A stretch of 64,000 nucleotides of DNA from a virus (taxonomy: Duplodnaviria > Caudoviricetes). The notes under the pieces were generated by a model. That model searched no databases, was not told the origin of the DNA, and saw nothing but the letters and a program-made list of their open reading frames with translations. Numbering within the stretch: the stretch's first letter is position 1; the number at the start of each line of letters is the position of its first letter. Location of the stretch: IMG/VR virus record IMGVR_UViG_3300008107_006173, one strand, 5' to 3'. Of the stretch, positions 18,989-28,778 are shown in pieces. Position numbers and translations under genes: made by a program.

Positions 18989-21058
18989 GTGGCAGAACAT
19001 AAAGATTATGGTTTAATTGGCGTAGGGCGCAACCTGCAATTTGGTAAGCAGGGACCAGTTCTTGTAGGTAACGCTGATACAGATACTTTTACAGTCACGA
19101 TGCAGGATGGTGCTACGCTCACAACTATGGGCGGCGCTAACGCTACTGATACTACTCATTTTATTACTAAGGCTCAGCTTGATGTAGTTTATACTGAAGC
19201 AACCTTTAAAGCTAATGTTAATTATAACGATAGCAGCCCAATACTGCTGGGTAACATTACCAGCGGTACAAAAACAATTATCACAACCCTAACTATTGGT
19301 ACAGCATTTGATGATGCTAACGCTGTAGTAACAATTGGTACTAGCGCCAATGCAAATTTGTTAATGAGCGACAACTATTGTGAGATTGAAGTTAACGGCG
19401 TTTATCAAACTGTTAACATTGTAGAGTTCGCAAATAATACATCATTAAACATTTATGTCACTCAAGCAGGTGCTACAGCCGGTGCAGGTAATGTATTAGT
19501 CAGCGTGGTGGATGGACCAGTAGTAGATGGTGGTACTATCAATTATGGTGGTGGTGGCGGTGGTGTTGACCTAACTGATCTTAGTGTTACATCAAACAGC
19601 CCAAGTGGTAACGGTAGTTTAGTTTACAATAACACAACTGGTGTGTTTACTTTTACTCCTGCTGATGCTAGTTTAAGCAACTATGGTAACAGCAATGTCG
19701 TAACACTACTAAGTAGTCTTGGTTCAAATACTGTAGTTACTACCGGCAACATCTCAGCAGGATACTTTGTTGGTAACGGTTCACTGTTAACAGGTATAAC
19801 TGCTGGCACAAATTATACTAACAGTAATGTTGTAACTCTACTCAGTAGCTTTGGTTCAAATACCATTGTAACAACAGGTAATGTTAGTGCTGGCAATGTT
19901 ATCACAACAGGTACAGCATTAACAGGTATCTCAGCAATCGTAGCAGGTGTCACAAATACACTATTGCCAAATACTGTTGCAAGTTTTAGTGCCAATGTAA
20001 ACAACTATACTCAGGTTACGCTACAGAACAAGAGCAGTGGTGCAGACGCTACTGCTGACTTTGTTATCACTGCTAACAACGGCAGTGACACAGTTAACTT
20101 TGCAGACTTTGGTATCATCAACAGTGGCTATGATAATACAACACCAACCAACAGCCTAGGTAACATTGTATTTGCCGCTGATACATATTTGTATGCACAA
20201 GGCAATTCAAGTAGTGTTAGCCAAAGTGGCGGTAACTTAGCTATTGGTACAACTACTGTAGGTAAGACTGTTAAGGTGTTTGCTGGTGGTGCTAACAGCA
20301 ACAGCATTGTTGGTACATTCAGCAACACAGGTTTAGCTGTTACAGGAACAGTAAGTGGCACTGGCAACATATCTACATCAGGTAAATTTATAGGCGATGG
20401 TAGTTCTCTTACCAACGTGACTGTAAGTGTTGCAGGCAATATAACTGGTACAAGTCAAAACGTTTCACTGGTTGCTGGTAGCTTTACTGCTACATTTGAC
20501 AACACTGGTATCTTAACCTTACCGAGAATGGGCGGTGACGAAGGTGGCGAAATTAACTTTGGTGTTCCCGCAACCAACACTACATTGTCAACTCGCGTAG
20601 TTCTCGATGTTTACCAAGATAGATTAAGAATTTTCGACGGCAACACCAAAGGTGCGTATATTGATTTAAGTCAAGCCGCCACAGGCGTTGGCACACTACT
20701 CAACAACCGCGTAAGTGGTTTGGTCAATGCTGGCACATTTGTCACCATGGATCTTATCAAAGCCACAGTTACAACAAGTGGCAATCGCGGGCTAAGTTTA
20801 GCAGCAACAACAGGATCATTTGCTATTAACATAGGCGGCACTTATGCTACAACAACGCCCAGTAACGGAGGTAGTGCCGGAACAATGACTGTAACAACAA
20901 CTGCTAGTGCTTCAGTGTTTAACTGGGGCTTTACCAACCAAGGTGATATAGCAACTTATATCTTAACTGATACTACGAATAGTAGAGCCTATCGTATTAC
21001 AGTACAGATAGGTAATAGTTACAACAACAACATGATCAGCATTGAAAGATTAATCTAA
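18989..21058 (+). CDS. Tail fibre / virion structural protein
   Basis: Gly/Thr/Asn-rich beta repeats (GNV/GNI), internal 43-aa-spaced repeat, ATAAATA at 18951; GTG start after GGAG. Confidence 0.75.
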   Translation: MAEHKDYGLIGVGRNLQFGKQGPVLVGNADTDTFTVTMQDGATLTTMGGANATDTTHFITKAQLDVVYTEATFKANVNYNDSSPILLGNITSGTKTIITTLTIGTAFDDANAVVTIGTSANANLLMSDNYCEIEVNGVYQTVNIVEFANNTSLNIYVTQAGATAGAGNVLVSVVDGPVVDGGTINYGGGGGGVDLTDLSVTSNSPSGNGSLVYNNTTGVFTFTPADASLSNYGNSNVVTLLSSLGSNTVVTTGNISAGYFVGNGSLLTGITAGTNYTNSNVVTLLSSFGSNTIVTTGNVSAGNVITTGTALTGISAIVAGVTNTLLPNTVASFSANVNNYTQVTLQNKSSGADATADFVITANNGSDTVNFADFGIINSGYDNTTPTNSLGNIVFAADTYLYAQGNSSSVSQSGGNLAIGTTTVGKTVKVFAGGANSNSIVGTFSNTGLAVTGTVSGTGNISTSGKFIGDGSSLTNVTVSVAGNITGTSQNVSLVAGSFTATFDNTGILTLPRMGGDEGGEINFGVPATNTTLSTRVVLDVYQDRLRIFDGNTKGAYIDLSQAATGVGTLLNNRVSGLVNAGTFVTMDLIKATVTTSGNRGLSLAATTGSFAINIGGTYATTTPSNGGSAGTMTVTTTASASVFNWGFTNQGDIATYILTDTTNSRAYRITVQIGNSYNNNMISIERLI

Positions 21059-22440
21059 TGTTTATACAAGGTGTTGCTCTCAAAGGCGTTACAGTCAAAG
21101 ACATAAACGATAACTTACTGTATCTAGATCCTGGTAATAGTGCTAGTTACTCAGGTTCAGGTACTACTTGGACTGACTTGTCTGGTAACAATAATACTGC
21201 AACATTAGTAGGTAGTCCAACTTTTACCAGTGCTGGTGCTGGCAGCTATTTTACATTCAATGGTGCTGGCACACAGTATGCTTCAACAGTAGCGTCTAAA
21301 TATAATCAGCCTTACACCGGTAAGACAGTTATAGCAGCCATAAGACCCAGTGCCAGTGCATGGACCAGTGGTGTTAGTCAATATAGGGGCATATTTGGAA
21401 CAGGCATAGGTAGTAGAAACTTTAACACTTACATACGTCAAGACAATTCAAACAACTTAATGATACATTATAGCGCCGGCGGCATAGGCGGATTCAGCAA
21501 CAACATATCCTTACCGTCAAACGCATGGACTATCATTGCTGTAACACATACCACCGGCGGACTAGTAACATATTATGTTAACGGTGTAGCTGCGGGCACA
21601 AATACAGGTCACACCTTTGCTCAATATACAGGTAGTTCGGCTGAAAATGTAGGTAGGACTGATAACAATTGGTATGGCGATATTGGCGTTATTGCTGTGT
21701 ATGGTAACGCATTAAGCGCCAGCGAAATATTACAAAGTTATAATACCTTAGCTGTTAAGTATAGCGGCGTTACTACCAACTTGGTTGCATACTATGATCC
21801 AAGCAATGCATCCAGTTATTCAGGATCAGGCACAGCACTAAATGATCTAAGCGGCAATGGCTTGACCGGTACTATGAGCAATATTACCTACACTAGCCCT
21901 TACTTCAGTTATAACGGAACAAACAGTCAAGTAAGCATAGCAGACAACGCATTATTAGAACCTGGATCTGGAAGTTGGACCATGGAAGCATGGGCTTATC
22001 TATCTAACACTGGTGCAGGAACCAAAACTATTCTAGGTAAATTTGATCCGGGCGGAGGCTCACAAGATGTGTCATATTCAATGCGTATAGCTACAGCCAC
22101 CGCGTTCGCTCAGATGGGTGACGGACTAGGCAGCTATGTCAACAGTACAAGTTACACATTGACTGCTAACACCTGGACTCATATCGTTTATGTTTGGAAA
22201 AATGGTGCCACTAAAACACTAGAAACTTATATTAACGGTACAAGCATAGGATCAGTTAACCATAGCCTATCTAGTCTATTGAATACACCAGCTAACCTAT
22301 ACCTAGGCTCATATAATAATGGCGAATATAGTCAGTATTTTACTGGCCGTATAGGTATAACAAGATTGTACAACGCCGCACTATCCAGTGCTGATGTGCT
22401 ACAGAATTACAACGCCAACAAGAGTAAGTACGGACTTTAA
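21058..22440 (+). CDS. Tandem LamG/concanavalin A-like lectin domain virion protein
   Basis: Two units starting (L/Y)DPxNxxSYSGSGT..DLSGN; WTHIVYVW, YING, GRIGITRLYN.ALS..V.QNY. Confidence 0.85.
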   Translation: MFIQGVALKGVTVKDINDNLLYLDPGNSASYSGSGTTWTDLSGNNNTATLVGSPTFTSAGAGSYFTFNGAGTQYASTVASKYNQPYTGKTVIAAIRPSASAWTSGVSQYRGIFGTGIGSRNFNTYIRQDNSNNLMIHYSAGGIGGFSNNISLPSNAWTIIAVTHTTGGLVTYYVNGVAAGTNTGHTFAQYTGSSAENVGRTDNNWYGDIGVIAVYGNALSASEILQSYNTLAVKYSGVTTNLVAYYDPSNASSYSGSGTALNDLSGNGLTGTMSNITYTSPYFSYNGTNSQVSIADNALLEPGSGSWTMEAWAYLSNTGAGTKTILGKFDPGGGSQDVSYSMRIATATAFAQMGDGLGSYVNSTSYTLTANTWTHIVYVWKNGATKTLETYINGTSIGSVNHSLSSLLNTPANLYLGSYNNGEYSQYFTGRIGITRLYNAALSSADVLQNYNANKSKYGL

Positions 22441-22676
22441 AAGCCAGCTATTCTAGCCTGTATGCCTTTTAGTACTTCGTTGCATACTGCATTAAATTCA
22501 TAATCCTGTATATCGTGTAGCTCACGCATACGATCCACAGCACTACGAACAGCAACCATTGGATCACTGCGTCCACTTGTAATGTGTTTCCAAACCATGC
22601 CACCAGGTTTGAATTCTGCTTCACTTAAAACATCTAATATTAGATCTGAACTAACCATTGAATAACTTTTCAACAT
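22437..22676 (-). CDS. Hypothetical protein
   Basis: 79-aa ORF. Confidence 0.55.
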   Translation of the reverse strand: MLKSYSMVSSDLILDVLSEAEFKPGGMVWKHITSGRSDPMVAVRSAVDRMRELHDIQDYEFNAVCNEVLKGIQARIAGF

Positions 22677-23202
22677 TAAAATCTACAGTAGGAGGCTCAA
22701 CATCCCATACAACAGGCTGTTGATATTTTCTTCCCTCATCTTTAAAATCTTCCAAGTAAGAAACTTCAACTACATTTAATTGATCCATTAGTCTCTTAAT
22801 TTCCATATAGGATCTCATTAGATACTCTTGATAGATTTTGTACAGTTCAGGATCATATTTAATTTGTCGTTCTTCCAAATCAGTTGCATGCCAAGTTTTA
22901 GTTGTCATTGACACATAAAAACTTTTGCATTGAGCATCAAAATCTTTTCGATTATGCACATATACTTTATCTGCTTGTTTAATGCATCCGTTGAGTACAA
23001 TTGTGTTAATATTATTTGGAAATATTTTTAATAACACATTGTTTTCTGCTCTATAAGAATTTACCATATTTAAAATATCGCTGGTAGACTTCTTGTATTC
23101 AAAGTTGAAAGCCTCACCTACATATTTGTAACCACACTCTTTTGTGATTCGATTGCATATGAATGTACTGCCAGATCGAGGTGTTGTTAGGACTACTATC
23201 AT
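22651..23202 (-). CDS. Sulfotransferase-like protein (Stf0-type P-loop)
   Basis: VLTTPRSGSTFI, YVGEAFN, NRKDFDAQCKS; start moved to 23202. Confidence 0.7.
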   Translation of the reverse strand: MIVVLTTPRSGSTFICNRITKECGYKYVGEAFNFEYKKSTSDILNMVNSYRAENNVLLKIFPNNINTIVLNGCIKQADKVYVHNRKDFDAQCKSFYVSMTTKTWHATDLEERQIKYDPELYKIYQEYLMRSYMEIKRLMDQLNVVEVSYLEDFKDEGRKYQQPVVWDVEPPTVDFNVEKLFNG

Positions 23203-23241
23203 AATTTTGTATTGTTTATTTACCGATTCATAAATACTGAT

Positions 23242-23730
23242 ATGAGCGAAAACAGATATCAAACCGGTTTATTAAGTTGGAAAACAATTTTAGGTGTTTG
23301 GCAAAAAGAATTATGGCCTAACAGAACTAGTGCTATTGAAACACACAGCGCAATGACTTGGCCCTACGAAAACAGCCAACCCAAACATGATATGAGAGTG
23401 TTTGATTACATGCCCTACTTTATGGGAGTATACGATAAACAGACGTTGATTGGGGTCAACAGCGGCCATCGTACCAGCATCAAACATTTTCGAAGCCGCG
23501 GCCTTTGGGTGCATCCTAGTTATAGGCGGCAAGGCGTGAGTCAAATGCTATTTCAATTAACCGAAGAAGCAGCACATAGAGAAGGTGCTGAGATGATTTG
23601 GAGTGTGCCAAGAAAAACCGCCCTATCTGCTTATCAGCACTTTGGCTTCGAAACAGTGGGCGGTTTCTTTACTACAGAAACAGCTGAGTCTAATATTTAC
23701 GCTGTTAAGAAATTACTTAGAGAAGCGTAA
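23242..23730 (+). CDS. GNAT acetyltransferase
   Basis: RSRGLWVHPSYRRQGVS, AYQHFGF; ATAAATA at 23230. Confidence 0.85.
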   Translation: MSENRYQTGLLSWKTILGVWQKELWPNRTSAIETHSAMTWPYENSQPKHDMRVFDYMPYFMGVYDKQTLIGVNSGHRTSIKHFRSRGLWVHPSYRRQGVSQMLFQLTEEAAHREGAEMIWSVPRKTALSAYQHFGFETVGGFFTTETAESNIYAVKKLLREA

Positions 23731-24246
23731 CCAATCAATCATTGTTTCTGCATCAGAAACATCAAACGGATCGCTGTCTGCATTGTCACGGAAGCCCTGC
23801 TCAACCCACATCATTTCAACAACGCCGTCGTTGACAATCATGCTGTAGCGCCAACTACGCATACCAAATCCTAGGTTAGCCTTATCAACCAAGAAACCCA
23901 TCTTGCGGGTAAACTCACCTGTGCCGTCTGGGATTGCTTTTACCTTTTCTACGCTTAGGCTCTTAAACCATGCGTTCATTACGAAACTATCATTTACTGA
24001 AACACAGTAGACTTCATCTAGGCCTAGATCCTGTGTTAGTTCCTTATATGCTGCTTCGTAACCAGGAAGGTGTGTGCTCGAGCATGTTGGAGTAAAAGCA
24101 CCAGGGAGAGCAAATACTGCTACTCTCTTGCCCTTGAACATATCAACAGTACTCAAGTCAGCCCACTGAAATCCTGGAGAAGTATCTGATGTGACACGAA
24201 CTCTAAATGTAACAATCGGTGCTTTAACTACAAATGTACTTGACAC
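23713..24246 (-). CDS. Peroxiredoxin (Prx5/AHP1 type)
   Basis: LPGAFTPTCSSTHLPGY, VSVNDSFVMNAW, RSWRYSM. Confidence 0.95.
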   Translation of the reverse strand: MSSTFVVKAPIVTFRVRVTSDTSPGFQWADLSTVDMFKGKRVAVFALPGAFTPTCSSTHLPGYEAAYKELTQDLGLDEVYCVSVNDSFVMNAWFKSLSVEKVKAIPDGTGEFTRKMGFLVDKANLGFGMRSWRYSMIVNDGVVEMMWVEQGFRDNADSDPFDVSDAETMIDWLRFSK

Positions 24247-24274
24247 TTTATTTCTCCTTGTGTATAGATTATAT

Positions 24275-25480
24275 TTACTGTAACTTTTTTAAAGCATGTG
24301 TTAATTCTGAACTTAGTTTTTCAAAATCGTTTTCAGTCATATATGGCGCGGTACTAATACGCAACAATCCTTTGGGCGCAAACTTATTAACCAAAGGATG
24401 AGCGCACAGTTTACCTGTGCGTACTGCTACATTGCGTTGACCTAATATAACTGACACATCGCTGGGGTTCAGCGAATTGCTTCTAAATGAAAAGATGCTG
24501 GATTTAGAAACACCAGGAAACAAAGGTTCAAATCCCAGTGCAGACAGTTTATCTTTGATTTCATATTTTATAAAGTAACCGTCTAGATTTCTAATTGCGC
24601 TTTGGATTTCATCATATCCCACATAGTTTATAAACTCAGCAGCAATACCTAAACCTAAAATACCTGCAATGTTTCTAGTGCCAACTTCGTGCTTAGAAAC
24701 ATCTGGGTAGAAAACTAAATTATCAAAACTCACATGTTCGACGCCACCACCGCCAAACATCAAGGGTTTTAGATCAGCGAACCCGCGTCGCGAATACAAT
24801 ATGCCTACTCCGGTAGGACCAAACATTTTGTGGCCGCTGAACACCATATAATCAACAGGAACACTTTTAACATCAATATACTCGTGCATGATGCTTTGAC
24901 ACGCATCTAAGCAGGTATAAATTCCTCTGTTATGAGCTAAACCGATTATTGTTCGCCAATGCTGCTCTACACCTGAAGCATTATGTATGGACGCAATACT
25001 CAGTAATGAACCTGGTTCAGATCGCTCAATCTTAGCATTAGTTTCATCTAGTTCAGTGTGACCATAATGCTCTAGCAACGACAACACAGCTAGACGTTTA
25101 TTTTCAGAGGATCGATTTTGTACCAACCAAGGAACAATATTAGAGTTATGTTCACCTTCGGTTATGATAACTTGGTTAGTAGATTTGTGCCACTGTGCTA
25201 CCATGTTTAGCCCTTCGGTAGCACCTGAGGTAAACATGATTTGTTCTGGTTCAGCGTTTATTAGATCAGCAATACTACGCCGTGCTTGATCAACTTCTGC
25301 TGCTACAAAATCACTCATAGCGAAATCGCTGCGATGTATATTGCAGCGTTCGTGTTCGTAGTAGCGATTCATCCTGTCTAGTACCCATTGATGTGTTTGG
25401 GTACTAGCAGCATTATCAAAATAAGCCAGCTCAGGATTATTTTTTAAAGTAGGAAAAAAGTCCTTGGCAAAAAGTTGCAC
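24275..25480 (-). CDS. sufS: SufS-like cysteine desulfurase
   Basis: YFDNAASTQ, FTSGATE, HNSNIVPW, SGHKMFGPTG, RTGKLCAHPL; GTG start. Confidence 0.9.
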   Translation of the reverse strand: MQLFAKDFFPTLKNNPELAYFDNAASTQTHQWVLDRMNRYYEHERCNIHRSDFAMSDFVAAEVDQARRSIADLINAEPEQIMFTSGATEGLNMVAQWHKSTNQVIITEGEHNSNIVPWLVQNRSSENKRLAVLSLLEHYGHTELDETNAKIERSEPGSLLSIASIHNASGVEQHWRTIIGLAHNRGIYTCLDACQSIMHEYIDVKSVPVDYMVFSGHKMFGPTGVGILYSRRGFADLKPLMFGGGGVEHVSFDNLVFYPDVSKHEVGTRNIAGILGLGIAAEFINYVGYDEIQSAIRNLDGYFIKYEIKDKLSALGFEPLFPGVSKSSIFSFRSNSLNPSDVSVILGQRNVAVRTGKLCAHPLVNKFAPKGLLRISTAPYMTENDFEKLSSELTHALKKLQ

Positions 25481-25481
25481 A

Positions 25482-25787
25482 TCACACCTTTTCCATCATG
25501 ATGTTCAACGGATGACCATTGTGACGACTTAGTAGTGTGCTTTCGTGAACCTTTTGTTCAGCTATTTCAAAGTTGTAGGTTCCAGCAATGCCCTTGCCCA
25601 ACTCATGAATTTGAATTGTGATGTCTTTGGCTTCTTCAATGTTTTTGTTAAACACTTCAATAAGCAAATGTATTACAAATTCCATAGGCGTAAAGTCATC
25701 ATTCATTATGATTACATTGAAGCGGTCGGGATACTTAATATCCGTACGAACCGATGATGACGTTCTAGTTTTAGTTGATGTGCCCAT
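25482..25787 (-). CDS. clpS: ClpS N-degron adaptor
   Basis: VIIMNDDFTPMEFV...IHELGKGIAG...HPL. Confidence 0.93.
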   Translation of the reverse strand: MGTSTKTRTSSSVRTDIKYPDRFNVIIMNDDFTPMEFVIHLLIEVFNKNIEEAKDITIQIHELGKGIAGTYNFEIAEQKVHESTLLSRHNGHPLNIMMEKV

Positions 25788-25806
25788 GATATACTCTACT
25801 AATTAG

Positions 25807-25837
25807 CGGGGGAGAGTTTCCCCTCCCCCTGTTTTTG
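25807..25837 (-). terminator. Hairpin terminator after hsp20
   Basis: GGGGGAG/CTCCCCC stem. Confidence 0.55.
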
Positions 25838-25839
25838 GA

Positions 25840-26286
25840 TTACTTCTGTTCAATCACCGTTGATGTGGTAATTTCAATACGCTTTGGTTGAAGTTCCGCT
25901 GGAACTTCTCGAACCAATTGAATATTGAGCATACCTAACTCAAGTGTAGCAGACTTAACCTCCACATGATCAGCAAGAGTAAATTCTCTGCGGAACTGAC
26001 GGGCACCAATGCCCTTGTGTAGGTACTGTACTTCTTCAGACACCTTAGGTGATGTGCCTTCTACTCGCAGAGCATTTTTGTCCTTGGTAATGTTTAAATT
26101 ATCCATAGCAAAGCCGGCAACAGCGAGACTAATTACATATTCGTCGTCGCTGATCTTAGCAATGTTATATGGGGGATAAGTATTTGCACTAGGCAAGTTG
26201 CGCTCAATTTCATTAAACAATCGATCAAAGCCAATTGTTGAACGAGCAAATGAAGGTAGGTCTAGAGTTGTAATTCTTGTATTCAT
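25840..26286 (-). CDS. Small heat-shock protein Hsp20 (IbpA-like)
   Basis: IGFDRLF, YPPYNI, LAVAGF, YLHKGI..R.F.R.F.LA, GMLNI.L. Confidence 0.95.
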   Translation of the reverse strand: MNTRITTLDLPSFARSTIGFDRLFNEIERNLPSANTYPPYNIAKISDDEYVISLAVAGFAMDNLNITKDKNALRVEGTSPKVSEEVQYLHKGIGARQFRREFTLADHVEVKSATLELGMLNIQLVREVPAELQPKRIEITTSTVIEQK

Positions 26287-26367
26287 AAGTATCTCCTTTA
26301 TTAAGCAAGATTACGGTTAATGCAACAACTACAACACCCATTCGGCATGTTGTAGTCTTGTGTTGCA
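26287..26367 (-). promoter_or_regulatory. ROSE-like RNA thermometer 5'UTR
   Basis: AUCUUGCU-uaauaa-AGGAGAU hairpin with bulged G opposite the SD; long upstream hairpin; TATAAATA at 26372-26379. Confidence 0.7.
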
Positions 26368-26449
26368 ACTTTATTTATACAGAAAATCTGTATAATTTTA
26401 ATATAGCGAAAAAATTTTATTTGTCAAGTACAAATAAAACCCTTTTTAA

Positions 26450-26662
26450 TTACTTCATGTATTCGGTCAGTGAGTGGGCAGCAATCTTGTAGTTAATCAT
26501 TGAAGGTACATCACTGAACGGAAATTCTAGAATAAAACTACAACTGTTCTGCCAACTGTCAGTTTTTAGAAAGTGTGCATATTCCTTCAAATGGTTCTTG
26601 TTTGAAACATCAAAAAATACTTTTGGTTCTACCACAGGTTTGCGTTTAATTGTGTGTATCAT
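26450..26662 (-). CDS. Hypothetical protein
   Basis: 70-aa ORF (FDVSNKNH..EY..FL...W..C.F.LEFPF.DVP.M). Confidence 0.7.
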   Translation of the reverse strand: MIHTIKRKPVVEPKVFFDVSNKNHLKEYAHFLKTDSWQNSCSFILEFPFSDVPSMINYKIAAHSLTEYMK

Positions 26663-26825
26663 AATTTGTTTTGTCTAGTTGATAACGAAATTCCCGTCGA
26701 AGCCACCACTTATATTTTGCAAAATAATCCTGCGCTGTATACTGTGGTACTTTCCCGGTCCAAAAAATTACTTCATCTATATGATCCAACCACTGGGACA
26801 TTAACCATTGTCTGAACGAGTTCAC
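26646..26825 (-). CDS. Hypothetical protein (59 aa, absent from ORF track)
   Basis: GTG start overlapping upstream TGA; NSFRQWLMSQWLDH...YFAKYKWWLRREFR. Confidence 0.6.
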   Translation of the reverse strand: MNSFRQWLMSQWLDHIDEVIFWTGKVPQYTAQDYFAKYKWWLRREFRYQLDKTNYDTHN

Positions 26826-27058
26826 TCAGCTACCTCAAGTTGTAATAGCATCCTACAAGCAGTATTTTCGTCGGGCCAAAAATGCTGACACTCACCTTCC
26901 TTTTGATAGCGTAAGAATTCGGCAAGTACCTCATCGCTAGAATGACCTCGCTCTTTAGCCATTTTGCCTACAATACGATTTGCTTCGTTGATATCCCTAA
27001 CCATCTTACATGCTCCAATATGATTCTGAACTGGGCGAGCAGTAGTAGGGCGTGTCAT
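26822..27058 (-). CDS. Hypothetical protein
   Basis: 78-aa ORF. Confidence 0.5.
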   Translation of the reverse strand: MTRPTTARPVQNHIGACKMVRDINEANRIVGKMAKERGHSSDEVLAEFLRYQKEGECQHFWPDENTACRMLLQLEVAE

Positions 27059-27281
27059 AACGCTCCTGGAATTCCTTACCGCTGAGTGCGTTGCGCTTGG
27101 TTACAAAAGTTTCAACAATGTTGAACTTGTAACCGTCTTTAGCTTTGTAAGTGGGATAGAGCTCTTTGACTTCACGCTCCATGCTAGCACGATCCTTGCG
27201 ATCGTAATCATACTTGCCAATCAAACGCTGACCCTCTTTAGTGCGCTTGTCCTGCTTGTAAATCTCTAAAGTGAACATCAT
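27006..27281 (-). CDS. Early hypothetical protein
   Basis: Start after conserved leader AAGGAG; promoter TTGACA-N17-TATAAT at about 27315-27343. Confidence 0.75.
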   Translation of the reverse strand: MMFTLEIYKQDKRTKEGQRLIGKYDYDRKDRASMEREVKELYPTYKAKDGYKFNIVETFVTKRNALSGKEFQERYDTPYYCSPSSESYWSM

Positions 27282-27402
27282 ATCACGCTCCTTATTTCTC
27301 ATCCTACATATACATTATAGCAAGATTTGAGCAGGGTGTCAACCACTTTTTGAGCACTTTTTTAGGGCTAAAAAGTTGTATAAAAACAACAACTTAGCTA
27401 GA

Positions 27403-27651
27403 TTAATCGTAGCGTTTGCCCGGGTCGGGCTTAATACCCTTTACATGATTGTCTGAATAGCAGTCAGGTTTGAAACTGGGGTCTTCAACAGCCTTTGCAC
27501 CCTTAAACCTAAATTCATGACGGTATGCCCGTGACCGCAATGCACTTTCGCAAGCAGCCTTTGATGGATATTGAATCTCAATCTTACCCACATAGTTTTC
27601 ATCTGAGGGCAAATTGGGATTGACAAGAAAAATAATTAACCAAAACTTCAT
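27403..27651 (-). CDS. Hypothetical protein
   Basis: Likely start MKFWL at 27651. Confidence 0.55.
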   Translation of the reverse strand: MKFWLIIFLVNPNLPSDENYVGKIEIQYPSKAACESALRSRAYRHEFRFKGAKAVEDPSFKPDCYSDNHVKGIKPDPGKRYD

Positions 27652-27899
27652 ACAAATATCCTTACTAGTCCATAACTGATAAACGATAAACAAACTATAT
27701 TAACAACAAGCAGGGGTCGGTCCTGCATTTTAACTGACGCCAACAACCACATAGCGGTACCGATCCAACCAAACACCAAATCAATAGCGTGAAGTTCGAA
27801 TGCCCTAGAACCTGTTGCGATAATAATACAAATCGTAGCCCACCATTTAATTAGGCTTAATGATGTGTCAGATGAATTCTGGTTCAATGTGTTTTCCAT
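27648..27899 (-). CDS. Small membrane protein
   Basis: Three hydrophobic segments. Confidence 0.65.
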   Translation of the reverse strand: MENTLNQNSSDTSLSLIKWWATICIIIATGSRAFELHAIDLVFGWIGTAMWLLASVKMQDRPLLVVNIVCLSFISYGLVRIFV

Positions 27900-28134
27900 G
27901 TGTTAGATTTGTATGCGTCTTATTTCCAAATGCCAGTTTGAATATAGCAAAGTCATCAGCCTTTTCAAACTCAGCAGTTACAACCAATTTTAGGTTGTAT
28001 GTAGCAAAATCGTTATCCGTGTGTTTAACAAACGAAATATCGATACCATGTTCAGCAGCCCAGGCCCAATAGGGCTCCAATGTATTGTGTATAGCAGCAC
28101 CGTACATAATATCAATGCCGTCGCCATCGGGCAT
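27868..28134 (-). CDS. Hypothetical protein
   Basis: Likely start at 28134; ends ..FEKADDFAIFKLAFG. Confidence 0.55.
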   Translation of the reverse strand: MPDGDGIDIMYGAAIHNTLEPYWAWAAEHGIDISFVKHTDNDFATYNLKLVVTAEFEKADDFAIFKLAFGNKTHTNLTHGKHIEPEFI

Positions 28135-28162
28135 TGTGGTGCGTATGAGATTGTGCTTAAAC

Positions 28163-28498
28163 TTAGTCACCCAACACCTTGTCAAGGTGCTTACAACGAC
28201 CCCTAAACTGAAAGCCGCTACAGGTACAGGTCTTAGCATCAGGATCAACAAAGTAAGTATCACCCTTACTTCCCTTGACCTCAATCAAGTTAGACTCAAC
28301 CTTTGCGTTGAACGGATTAGACTTGAGCTCAACAAACTTACGACCGCGCTGATCAATAGCAACAGGCTTCTTAAAATACTGTGCAGGCTCTGTACCCCAG
28401 GGCATATATGCAACAGCCTTAGCACCGTCCATTAGGTACACATGATTAGGCTGACGATACTCAACGTCCCACTTAGTAATTTCTTGCACAGCAATCAT
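28163..28498 (-). CDS. SWIM zinc-finger protein
   Basis: [23 protein letters not shown] (CxC...CxH). Confidence 0.85.
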   Translation of the reverse strand: MIAVQEITKWDVEYRQPNHVYLMDGAKAVAYMPWGTEPAQYFKKPVAIDQRGRKFVELKSNPFNAKVESNLIEVKGSKGDTYFVDPDAKTCTCSGFQFRGRCKHLDKVLGD

Positions 28499-28499
28499 A

Positions 28500-28766
28500 T
28501 TAGAGAGACGCCGCGTAGTTCATCAGCGCAAGAACATCTGCTGGACTTTGGTATCCCTGGACATCATCGTCCTTATACTGCACAAAGTTACCATCAGGAT
28601 CCAACAGCGCAGTCTCGGCAGTAGTAGCAGTCATAGGCTTACCCATGTTATCCAGGAAGCTCAAATCGTAATTACTACCATAGTTACCCGGGCCGAACTG
28701 TACACTTACTGTATAGCCATTGTCCAGTGTAATGCTAAAGCCTTTGTTATCATTAATGCGAAACAT
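28500..28766 (-). CDS. Hypothetical protein
   Basis: 88-aa [17 protein letters not shown]. Confidence 0.7.
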   Translation of the reverse strand: MFRINDNKGFSITLDNGYTVSVQFGPGNYGSNYDLSFLDNMGKPMTATTAETALLDPDGNFVQYKDDDVQGYQSPADVLALMNYAASL

Positions 28767-28778
28767 AATTATATTCCT

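Noticed and set aside
21058-22440. Diversity-generating retroelement target in the LamG protein
   Set aside because: No reverse transcriptase and no near-identical template repeat differing only at adenines in the window
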